A stretch of DNA of 64,000 bases, from NCBI GenBank assembly GCA_937625935.1, contig OW569345.1, positions 620,001 through 684,000 of the forward strand, given 5' to 3'. This document shows, piece after piece, positions 30,203 through 40,978 of the stretch. The position numbers and the translations under genes are program-made. This DNA comes from Tetramitus jugosus (lineage: Eukaryota > Protista > Heterolobosea). A model generated the notes under the pieces. That model was not told the DNA's origin. It searched no databases and saw nothing but the letters and a program-made list of their open reading frames with translations. Within the stretch, counting starts at the first letter, position 1; each line of letters opens with the position of its first letter.

Positions 30203-31264
30203 ATGAGCAACCATATCGATCCTTTAGATTCTGGAATAGGATCGTACAGCAACAATGGAGCTTCGTCTTCTACTCCCATGAGAAGAACGATCTCGAGTAG
30301 ACCTTCCAGTGCTGCCTCCTCGTCCAAGCAACACTCCACTATCCTTCAACAACAGCCATCCTCTTCGTCATTGAGACCACTGTCTTCTGCTTCATCCTCC
30401 CAACAACACTCGCTGTCATCTCATCAGCATCCATTGAGATCTCACAACTCCACAGCAATACGGCCTACCACTACTTCTTCTGCTTCCTATGCTCATTCTC
30501 AAGCTCTACCGCCACAACAACAGCAATCACAGCTCCAACAACAACAATTACCACCTTCTTCAGCACATGTCATTCAACCAACCAACTATTTTGTGGTTGT
30601 GGTCAATGGAATGATTTGTCATGCAGAGTATCCAGGATCAGGCAACCTCTGTTGCAATTACAAGTTCATCTATGGTCCAGACTGGGAAGTAGTGAGAGTA
30701 ACTGGGGAGAGTGCTTGTCTCATTAATGGTATGACTCAAGTCGCAGAGAGAGCACCTGGAACAAGACCCATATTCACCTGGAACTTCCCATTGGAGATTA
30801 CATTCAGAAGCACAAATCCATTTGGATGGCCAAAGCTGGTAGTCACTGTCTCACAACCCAATGGCAAAGGAAGTTTCCCTATTGTCGGGTATGGGTGGTG
30901 TCATGTTCCACTATCGGCCGGTCGATACAGCAATGTGATTCGATTGTTTAAGCCGAGACCATCCTCCATGATTCAGGGCATACTGGCTTCTATTACAGGC
31001 AAACAACCTGAAATCATCAATATAGCAACAGTATGCTCTGATGAAGGTCGAGAGGTCATGAGAACAGTGAGTGAGGGAGCGGTTAAGGTCACATTCGACA
31101 TTGTCACAAAGGATATGAACCAGTTCGGATTCGAAAAGCCAGAGGCAAGAAACTATCAGCACTCGCAGTTGCACATAGGGATGGCAGCCAATGCAGATCC
31201 AGATGTGCTAGCAGATGAATATTCGAGCTTGGTAGATCAAGTGGGAAGTCGGAAGTTGTCCTAA
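30203..31264 (+). CDS. B9D1: B9-C2 domain ciliary transition-zone protein B9D1 with Ser/Gln-rich N-extension
   Basis: YGPDW, TWNFPLEITFRSTNPFGWPKLVV, GYGWCHVP, EGREVMRT. Confidence 0.9.
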   Translation: MSNHIDPLDSGIGSYSNNGASSSTPMRRTISSRPSSAASSSKQHSTILQQQPSSSSLRPLSSASSSQQHSLSSHQHPLRSHNSTAIRPTTTSSASYAHSQALPPQQQQSQLQQQQLPPSSAHVIQPTNYFVVVVNGMICHAEYPGSGNLCCNYKFIYGPDWEVVRVTGESACLINGMTQVAERAPGTRPIFTWNFPLEITFRSTNPFGWPKLVVTVSQPNGKGSFPIVGYGWCHVPLSAGRYSNVIRLFKPRPSSMIQGILASITGKQPEIINIATVCSDEGREVMRTVSEGAVKVTFDIVTKDMNQFGFEKPEARNYQHSQLHIGMAANADPDVLADEYSSLVDQVGSRKLS

Positions 31265-31524
31265 ATAAACTGTCAACCTGGGGTGAACATTGAATGGTCT
31301 TCCAAAGTTGCACAGAAAAAGGAAAGGTTATGATTCTCTGTGCAACATGAGAAGATGAATCACGTTATTGAATTCGCAGATTGTCAATTTAGTTTGTTCG
31401 ATCTGGATTCTGGATCTTGAACTTCATTTTTAGTGTCGGGATGCGCCAACAAAAACAAAAAAACTCCCTTCACACACAACAAACAACAAAACTCGAAAAC
31501 AAAAAAAAAACCAACTCACACATC

Positions 31525-34500
31525 ATGTCCACCACAAACACTGAACCAACTGTTGATCAACAAGCATCACCAGTCGATGCTGCTGCCGACAAGAAACAAA
31601 AAAAGAAGAAGGCTCTTCAAACTCAACAACACTTTGTCAATGAGACACCATTGGGTCAAAAAAAGGACAGAACAAAGGAATTGGACAATGCATACTATCC
31701 AGCTTCCGTTGAGTCTGCATGGTATGACTATTGGGAGCAAAGTGGATACTTTAAGGCTGACAATGAAGATTCAACACGAGAAAAATTTGTTATTGTGATT
31801 CCACCACCTAATGTGACTGGAGCTTTGCATTTGGGTCACGCATTGACTGTTTCGATCCAAGATTGCTTGTGCAGATGGTATGTGGTGTGAACATTTTTCT
31901 ATACATTGTTTTTGTGTTGTCTCGCACACACATGTCTTGTCTCACGAGAGAGAAAAAGCTTTTTTTTTGTTTTACTGAAAAAAATAACGGTGATCGCTAA
32001 CATGTCTTGTTTTTTTCTCTCTGTTCACATAGGAAGAGAATGCAAGGTAAGAATGTCTTGTATTTGCCTGGTGTTGATCACGCTGGTATCGCTACACAAG
32101 TCGTTGTTGAAAAAATGCTTGATAAACAACAGGCGCACTTGGACAAGGACGATCGTGTCAATAGACATCACTTGGGTCGTGAGGCATTTGTCGAAAAGGT
32201 CTGGGAATGGAAGGATCAATATGGCAAGAGAATTAACAGTCAATTGAGAAGAACAGGTGCTTCACTCGATTGGTCAAGAGAGCGATTCACAATGGACGAA
32301 CAATTGTCAAAGGCTGTGAATGAGGCGTTTGTTCGCATGTACGAATCCGGTATCATCTACCGTGATACCAAGCTTGTCAATTGGTGTTGTCATTTGAAGA
32401 CTGCCATCTCCAATATCGAAGTGGACCACAAGGAATTTGATGCACCAGAGAGAATCAATGTCCCTGGTCACTATGAGAAGAAAAAGTATGACTTTGGTTA
32501 TATTTGGTCTTTTGCTTACAAGGTTGAGGACTCTGATCAGGAGATTGTTGTGTCTACGACACGTCCAGAAACAATGCTCGGTGATACTGCTGTTGCTGTT
32601 CACCCTGATGATGCAAGATACAAGGCCTTGCATGGCAAGTGTGTCATTCATCCATTCAACGGTCGCAGAATTCCAATCATTACGGATGCTGTTCTCGTTG
32701 ATCCTGCTTTCGGTACTGGTGCGGTCAAGATTACCCCTGCTCACGATCCAAACGATTACGAGTGTGGTAAGAGACACAAGCTTCCATTCATCAACATTTT
32801 CACTGATGATGGTAAGTTGAACGAAAATGGTGCTCCATTCGAAGGCATGTTGAGATATGATGCTCGTGAAGCTGTCATCAAGGGATTGGAAGAGAAGGGA
32901 TTGTTCAAGGGCAGAGAACCACACAAGCTTGCTATTGGTAAGTGCAGCAGATCTGGTGACATTATTGAACCAATGTTAAAGCCTCAATGGTACGTTGATT
33001 GCAAGGACGTTGCCAAGACTGCTGTTGAAAAGGTCAGAAACGGTGAACTAAAGATTCAACCGGAAAGAGAAAAGGACACATGGTACAAGTGGTTGGAAAA
33101 CATTCAAGATTGGTGTATTTCTAGACAATTGTGGTGGGGTCACAGAATACCTGCCTATTTGGCCTACGTTGTCGGTCAAGAGGCATCTGTTGACAGGAAT
33201 GCTACTGACTCGTGGATCGTTGCCAGAACTCGTGAAGAAGCAATGAAGAAGGCTATTGAGAAGTTGGGTGTCGCAGAAGACCAGATTGTCTTGGAACAAG
33301 ATGAGGATGTCTTGGATACTTGGTTCTCATCCGGTCTCTTCCCATTCTCAACCATGGGCTGGCCAAATGAAGATGCTGCTGATTTCAAGGCCTTCTATCC
33401 AAATCAATTGCTCGAAACTGGTGTTGATATCATCTTCTTCTGGGTTGCCAGAATGGTTATGATGGGATTGCAATTGACTGGTAAGCTGCCATTCGAGAAT
33501 GTTTTGCTCCATGCCTTGGTCAGAGACAAGGACGGCAAGAAGATGTCCAAGAGTTTGGGTAATGTCATTGATCCTATCGATGTCATCCAAGGTACCACAT
33601 TGGAGAACTTGCACAAGCAATTGTCCTCTGGTAACTTGAGCCCTCTCGAAATGGAGAGAGCAAGCAACTTGCAAAAGAAGCAATACCCAGAAGGTATTCC
33701 AGAGTGTGGTGTCGATGCTCTGAGATTCACCTTGTTGAACTTCTCTACCCCTGAGGGCAGAGATATCAACATGGATGTCATGCGTGTCTACGGTTACAGA
33801 ACATTCTGTAACAAACTGTTCAATGCTGTCAAGTTTGGTTTGGTCAACTTGGAAGGATTTGTCCCAACATTGGACGAAATTCCATCTGCTGATGACAAGA
33901 ATTTGAGCTTTGCTGACAGATGGATTCTCAGCAGACTGGACCAAGCCATCATTGATTGTGATTCTGCTCTGTCCGGTAACGACTTTAGCAAGTACACCAC
34001 TGCTTGCTACGACTTCTTCTTGAAGGAGGTTTGCGATGTCTACTTGGAAGCCATTAAGCCAGTCATGTACCTCGATCCAACTGCCAGCGAAGAAAACGCA
34101 ACCAGAAGAAGAGCTTCTCAACTCGTTCTGTTCACTGTTTTGGAAATTTCCTTGCGATTGATGCACCCTGCTATGCCATTCATTACTGAAGAACTGTGGC
34201 AGAGACTTCCTCACATTCCTCTCTTGCCAAAGAACAGAGAATCAATCATGATCAACCCATATCCAACTTCAACCGGATGGAAGAATCAACAAGTTGAAGA
34301 TGACATGAACTTTGTCAACGATGTCATTCACAAGATTAGATCCGCCAAGGCAAACAACAACTTGAACAACAAGCAAAAGCCAGATATTTACGCAAAGATT
34401 TCTGATGCTCACCTCGCTGAAGTTGTTTCCAACCAAGCCTCTGATATTGAACTCTTGTCCTTCTCAGGTAAGGTTCATGTCGTCACTCCAGATACTGCTG

Positions 34501-34802
34501 TTCCTGAGGGATGCTCTATGGAAGTTGTCAACGCACAATGTGAATTGCACATCAACCTGGAAGGTCTCATTGATTACACTGAGGAAATCTCCAAGCAACA
34601 AAAGTTGCGCGCAAAGTTGGACGGTGCGCTGTCTGGTCTGTTGAAGAAGATGACCATGCCTGCCTATCAGACCAAGGTCCCAGAGAAGGTCCGTAACGAC
34701 GATATCAAGAAGGCTGAACAATGGAAGTCAGAGTTGGAGAAGTTTGATCAAGCTATTGCTGCCATGCAAAAAATGCAAGCCAAATCCGAATCAGCCAACT
34801 AA
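31525..34802 (+). CDS. VARS1: Valyl-tRNA synthetase; 2 exons (31525-31877, 32033-34802)
   Basis: PPPNVTGALHLGH, DHAGIATQ, DWCISRQLWWGHRIP, DVLDTWFSS, KMSKS; intron GTATGT...GCTAAC...TAG restores RWKRMQG. Confidence 0.98.
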
Positions 34803-34911
34803 ATGTGTTTACAATAAAACAATTGAAACATAAATACGAAATTTTCATGAAAAATGACATGCCTAACTTTTATTTTCTGTACAGATCAAATGATATCAGA
34901 TCAAGCTGCAT

Positions 34912-36039
34912 CTACTGATACAATGATTGTTGATAGGATCCTTGTTGTTGCACGTTTGGTGAGAGAGATCTAGGTGGTCCAGGGTACATTCGCACAGGAG
35001 GCAATGTCTGCTGTTGTTGTGGTGGCATCATTTGATGTGGTGCAAGTGTTGCTTGCCTCATCATGGCAGGTGCTGCATGATGTTGTGGAGGGTAAGCTGG
35101 GATAGTGCTGGATTGGAGCACTGGTTGCTCTTCAATCTGCTGTTGCTGTTGTTGTTGTTCCAACAACATTCTTCTCTCCTTGTTTAGCTTATTCGCTCTG
35201 TAGGCAATCAAATGAATGAGCAAGCAGAATCCCCAAGCAGCCCACACAATCAAGAACCAAGGTGCCCCATGAAAGTGTCTATCATAGCAGTACACAACCA
35301 ACAGAATAAAGTTGATTGTAACATACACGATGAAATGAACAGAAAAGTGACTAAACAATGGTGAGAATGCCTTGTAGTTGGCATGGATCGCAAATAGACC
35401 CATCATGGTCACAACCGGAAAAACAGCCCAAGGATAGTCCCTTCCCGCCATAAAATTCATTACAATAAGCATCGCACTAGTCAAAAAAGAAACTGCGCCG
35501 TGAACCGCAAAAAGCTTTTGAGATTGGGACCATCCGACACTTGCGCCTTGACCATTATCAGCTGCACTCATAATGGAAGGATAACCCATCACAAAGACCA
35601 GTGCCCATGCCATACATGATGCATAAATAATGTGAAGGGGCCAGAAATAACGTCCAGGTGTTGTCAACAGCCACAAACAAGTACAGAACATGCTGAAACT
35701 ACCCAACATGAAACCAATTCTCAACAATGTCTTTGCCTTTGGATGATTAGACAGATACAGTTGATCTACAACTGCATTTTCAGTCTCATTAAAGTCATTG
35801 ATACGAACGGCTGTCGTAATGGTTTGCAAGAAGGGATTTTGTTGTGGAGGCAGTTGTTGTTGCAACTGTGGTTGTTGGATGGGTAGTTGTTGTTGCTGTT
35901 GTTGAGGTTGAGGTGGTTGTTGTTGTGGATAACCTAGAGAACTAGTGGCATAGGCTTGTTGTTGAGGTTGTTGGGGAATGGATGGGTAGACCTGAGGATG
36001 AAGGCCATTATCGAATGGGTTTGGATTTGGATGATTCAT
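34912..36039 (-). CDS. Membrane protein with three tandem 2TM-like hairpin units and Q/P-rich termini
   Basis: Recurring aromatic W-P/W-A motifs after TM pairs: RYFWPLH, YPWAVFP, APWFLIVWAAWG; FSVHFIVYVTIN. Confidence 0.65.
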   Translation of the reverse strand: MNHPNPNPFDNGLHPQVYPSIPQQPQQQAYATSSLGYPQQQPPQPQQQQQQLPIQQPQLQQQLPPQQNPFLQTITTAVRINDFNETENAVVDQLYLSNHPKAKTLLRIGFMLGSFSMFCTCLWLLTTPGRYFWPLHIIYASCMAWALVFVMGYPSIMSAADNGQGASVGWSQSQKLFAVHGAVSFLTSAMLIVMNFMAGRDYPWAVFPVVTMMGLFAIHANYKAFSPLFSHFSVHFIVYVTINFILLVVYCYDRHFHGAPWFLIVWAAWGFCLLIHLIAYRANKLNKERRMLLEQQQQQQQIEEQPVLQSSTIPAYPPQHHAAPAMMRQATLAPHQMMPPQQQQTLPPVRMYPGPPRSLSPNVQQQGSYQQSLYQ

Positions 36040-36129
36040 TGTTGTTCTAAAGGATGTTTGTTTGATTTTTTGGGTTTGCTTGAGGAAAAAAGTTGGGTGC
36101 TTTTTCAGAGCGAAGAAATCTTGTGCGCA

Positions 36130-36288
36130 ATGGGAGTTCCTTTTTGTTGCTCCAGTTCCGAAATTGACCCTCGTTCTCTACACATCGGACTTTTGCAAAA
36201 ACAGAACGACCAAGCCTTGGAAACAGTGGAGGATTGGATCAGGAGTATTCACAAGAGAATAAAAAGTGAAGCGAACAGCCTCTCTTAA
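36130..36288 (+). CDS. Possible 52-aa small protein with MG..CC lipidation-type start
   Basis: MGVPFCCSSSEIDPRSLHIGLLQKQNDQALETVEDWIRSIHKRIKSEANSLS*; divergent from the 34912-36039 gene. Confidence 0.35.
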   Translation: MGVPFCCSSSEIDPRSLHIGLLQKQNDQALETVEDWIRSIHKRIKSEANSLS

Positions 36289-36367
36289 TTGAATCCACAT
36301 TCCGCTTATATTAGAGAACGGATAAATTTTGAAATTCTTTATTTTTCAAAATTTTGACTAACATGTC

Positions 36368-36440
36368 CCTCTGATAGCTCAGATGGTAGAGCATGAGACT
36401 GTAGATCTTGTGGTCGCGTGTTCGAGTCACGCTCGGAGGA
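36368..36440 (+). tRNA. tRNA-Tyr(GTA), 73 nt, intronless
   Basis: CCTCTGA/TCGGAGG-A acceptor (C1-G72, A73), GCTC/GAGC D stem, TGAGA-CT-GTA-GA-TCTTG, GCGTG-TTCGAGT-CACGC, TTTT at 36444-36447. Confidence 0.95.
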
Positions 36441-36636
36441 ACCTTTTGCTTCCGTTGTGTCGTTGGAATCGGCTGTTATTCTGACTTTGGATTGTTTTCG
36501 ACATCACGCTGGAATTATTTTGAGTTCGTGACTTTTTGTTTTGACATCACACCAAAACCAAAACACACCAAAGCATCTCTATCTCACTTCACCAATATCC
36601 AACATCCAATAAGGTGGTCCACACAAGCGAGACAAC

Positions 36637-39600
36637 ATGAGTTTTCGTCCCTCTTCTTCATCAATGTCATCTCACAACAAACAACAACAAACAACACCAT
36701 CGACTCGAACCACTCAGGAATATGCAGAACACATGTCACAAATATCCAACTGTCTCCATTCCATTCTTCGATCAAAGTACTTCTCTCTGATCGAATCACA
36801 ATGTCATCAAAAATGGACACAACAGTTGAGACAGAGTTTGGCCAAGCAGGACATTCGAGTAGAGATTGATTTTGAGAGTTTTACACATCAACTCTTTCTG
36901 AAACAGTACTTGAATGTGGGTGATTTACTTCCCGCCATCCTACAAAACCGACTTTTGCAACAACAACAACGACAACGGTCAGAGAGTTTGACAGAGCGAT
37001 CACCTGTCAAGCGGAAAAATTTAAAGCAGACATTGCTCAGTGTGCGAAAAGCAGGGGTGAGATTGTCTTCGTCTCCATCGACACCTTCACAAATACACTT
37101 GTTGTTGAATAATCTCAATCTGAACAAGAATAACAACAACAACAACAAACAATGTGATGATAATTCACTTGATAGCAAAACCAAGAAAAAAATTGCAATT
37201 GAGCATAAAAATAAGCTAAAGAATGGTGGTGAAGTAGGAGATGATATTTTTGATATGGATATGGACGGAGATGAGACGGAAGAACAGACAGATAAGAGCA
37301 ACAACAACAACAGTAACAATGATCCTCCATTGTTTGTTGATCAAAACTGTGCCAAGCACAGAGATGAATTGGAGATGATTGTCATGAGAGATCAAACAAA
37401 TGGTATTAGAGCCATTGAAGTCATATTGAAAGAGTTGCCTCTCATTGTGGAGTCGATGATTGAAGAGCACTTGATTCAAACGGTGATCAAGTATAATGTT
37501 TACAAGCGATACTTGTACCATCATTTGAATTGTATGGTGTTCAGGTATGGAGATCAGGAGAATGGAAAGCAGGTGGGTCATTTGAGTGAGGATGGAACAC
37601 AAATGGTTCACTACTTGGATGTTGTGTTCAAATCGAACAGTAAGTTGCACTGGTTGAAGAGACCATGTGGTTTCATGGGTCAAGTGCACGGAAATCACTT
37701 GAAGTTTATGCACTATGATATTGGTCATCATTTGATACCTGATTTGTCCAATTGTATTAAGAGCGTCATGAGAAGCAACGTGTCTGTGCAAGTTGATTGG
37801 GATTCAATCACACAACAATCGAATGAAAAGGACATCTTGACCTGTTATCGTACTCTATATCATTCTCAGAGTGCGTTAGTAATACAGAGGATATCCAGAG
37901 CGTTCGATCATCTTAGTTCAGTTGAGAATGATGATTTGCTAGATGCGATTTCTAGCAGCGTTCACAAGATTATCATTCGACAATCCAGTCGGAGGCATCA
38001 CATGTTTAATGCCGATAGCAGAACCATTATTTTACATTTAGTGCTGCACAAACCACCCATGTCATGCTTTGATCCCTTAAAATCGTTGTATGAAGTCGAT
38101 GACTACAGTGCAATTATCAAGTATTGTGGATTGTATTCTGGTAATCGATTTCCTGTGGAGTTGCAGAGTTCTGCAGCTTGCTTACCCTGTCTGGTCGACA
38201 ACATATCACTGCCATTGAAAGACATTATTCAAAGACAATTATTGTGGATGCCAAACGTGGATGAACGAAAAGCATTTAAGAGTTGTCAACAATTCATTGA
38301 TAAGAAACTATTGATAGAAAAGGATCCAACACAAGAGTTCAAAAGAAGAACAAGTTTATTCTCATTCAACAAGTCTGACTCGATCCCTGCCTCTCAATCG
38401 GCATCAGCAATGAACACCACAGGAAAGCCTAGTGTCGAACAACCGCTCTGTGCATGGCACGTGGTCAAATTTAACTTGAACAACATGGCTCAGGAGAGAA
38501 TTTTGTTTTTGACTACACATGCCTACTATGTATTCCGATACGACTTTGCGAATGCCAAGTTGGACGAAGGTCATTTTAAAAGACATGATCTCTGCGATAT
38601 CAACTGCCTGGAAATTGGTGATGATGTTGTGAATATTTATACCCTGGAGTCACGTCGAAGGAGTATCTTCTTCAAATTTACTGGACGAGATTCAGACTGT
38701 TCTTCACCTGTCAACAATGGAATGGAGGACTGTACCGATGATTATATTGAGAATCATCCACGAATAAGAGTGCACAAAGAAGCGACTGACGAGAAGCAAC
38801 CAAATAGAGATGGTCTTTATTCGAATGTGTTTATGTTTATTGATCCTGCCAAATCCAAGTTAGTTGTGAAAGAAATTGCATGGATGATTTACGGTGCGTG
38901 TGTACTGAGAAAAGGTGAAAAGTGTACAAAACCTTTCGCCAACCCTGAGCTCACAAAACCAAAAACTACCTTAGGTTCATTATTTTATAATAAGCTAGGA
39001 ATGGGCATCACTTCTAATCTGGATGATTATTGGTCAGAATACAGAAACCCGTTGTATAACAAGACAACAGCCTTTAAGGAGGTAAGGATTAAAGCCGTCG
39101 AAAATAATTGTCTGGCTCAGATGGGTGAAACGGCGTCAACAGACGAGCTGTCTACGCTTGATGTTGAGGATGGAGAGACAACAGAGAGTGACACATGCGA
39201 TTTACAATCTTTGGACGACGAAGAGAAGAATAACAGGATAATGCAACGCTATCAAGTCGAACAACAGATCGATTCTGGTAATGAAGGCAGAATCTACTTG
39301 GCCAAAAACAATAGAAGCAATAAGAAGGTTGCCATCAAGGCCATGCCCTACATGGATGAACATCAAGCCAAAATCGATTATGAATTGTCACTTGTGAAGT
39401 TAATTCAGCACAACAATATTGTCAAGTTACATGAGACGTTTGTTTTGACATCTGACACATTGATAGGACAGGAAAAGAACATGTACATGGTGATGGAATA
39501 CAGCGAAACAAATCTCGAAAATGTCATCAAGATGATGAGTGAGAGAGGATCTTGCTCTCTTGATCAAAAGCTAGTTTGTTCTTGGCTTCTACAAATTGCT

Positions 39601-40158
39601 ACGGGGTTGGGTCACATGCACGCCCAAGGTATTATGCACCGAGATATTAAAACGCAGAATATTCTCTTGAATACTCATGATCCAAGGACAGACAAAGAAA
39701 TGTCACCTGGAAAATGGAAAGTGAAGGTGTGCGATTTCGGGTTGAGCACGCGGATTCAAGATGAACAGGACACAAATTCAAATGTTTTGTATGGTACTCC
39801 TCTGTACATGGCACCTGAGATTGCCACCTTTAAGAGTCACGATGCAAGCGCTGATGTTTGGTCCTTTGGTGTCATAGTCGTACAGCTGCTGATGCTAAAA
39901 CCAGTTGAACAAATGCCCAATATATTCGAGGGCTTATCCAAGAGATCTGGATTCGTGAGCAACATGTTGAAATCAACAGTATGTATATTTATTTGTTTGT
40001 TGGCATAAGAATCCTTGGACCATTTGAACTAACCTCCTTCCTAATGGCAAAAGTCTTATCACTCATCGCTCTTGAAGCTCGCAACTGAATGCTGTAGTCT
40101 GAACCCTCAGGTTCGCCCCTCCATGGAACAAGTTATAGCCGTCCTATCAAGTGTTTAG
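36637..40158 (+). CDS. hSac2-like domain plus Ser/Thr protein kinase; 2 exons (36637-39978, 40054-40158)
   Basis: QERILFLTTHAYYVFRYDF; VAIK, HRDIKTQN, DFG, GTPLYMAPE, DVWSFG; intron GTATGT...ACTAAC...AAG adds subdomain XI (CCSLNPQVRPSM). Confidence 0.85.
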
Positions 40159-40314
40159 GAATTTTTTACCGAAATTTTGATGATAAAATTCATCTTCTCA
40201 GAAACAACTGCTCATTTCTCCTAAAAGCAACTGTAGTCAAAAACGGTCAAAGGTTCATCACGGCTCTTGCTCCAACACAGATTACTTCAGTCGGCATTCA
40301 TTTGAAGAACAAAG

Positions 40315-40872
40315 ATGGACTTACCACCACTTCCTACAGTAGATATCATCCCATTCAATTTTTTCGATGGCCCCTCTGAAGACCCGAGTGTGCCTGTCGA
40401 ACCCAATTTTGATATTGCTACGAGAGACGACTTTGAGATTTTGAAAGAGAAGACAAACAAGTATATTGACAACTTGCACAACATTTTGGATGACATGTTT
40501 AGCAAGAATCCAAATGACTATGTTGTATATTATTCCTATTTGAAAGAGAAGGAAGAGAGAGACAAGAGAATGTCATCAACCTCGTCCAACATCACAGAAG
40601 ACAAAGTCGGAGGAAATCTGCCTACTTCTATCCTGTATCACAACGCACTCGAAAAGGCATCGGAGATCATTGAGGAGGTAGATCGCTCTCGACGTGATAA
40701 CCAACTCAGAATGGGTCTATTCCCAAAACCTGTGAGTAGCACCAAGAAATCTTCCACATCCAAGGTTCGTGTTGATCCTATTCTGTTCAGTAGCAAGTCA
40801 CCAGACTCTCGGCTATCGAATATGAGTCCTCCCACAACGAAAAATCATGACTCCAAGCTCAATGGAAAATGA
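40315..40872 (+). CDS. Hypothetical protein, 185 aa
   Basis: ATG-initiated ORF filling the gap between genes, protein-like composition, downstream AATAAA. Confidence 0.65.
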   Translation: MDLPPLPTVDIIPFNFFDGPSEDPSVPVEPNFDIATRDDFEILKEKTNKYIDNLHNILDDMFSKNPNDYVVYYSYLKEKEERDKRMSSTSSNITEDKVGGNLPTSILYHNALEKASEIIEEVDRSRRDNQLRMGLFPKPVSSTKKSSTSKVRVDPILFSSKSPDSRLSNMSPPTTKNHDSKLNGK

Positions 40873-40978
40873 GCGCACCACTGTAGATGATGAATGCCGG
40901 CAAAAGCACCGAATAAAATATACTTCGTTCTTCAGTCGATGAAAACCAAATCAACACCAACCAAAGTGCTTCAGAAGA

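Noticed and set aside
32307-34721. Long antisense ORFs over ValRS (likewise over LETM1 and V-ATPase a)
   Set aside because: Shadow ORFs caused by codon bias; no recognisable motifs
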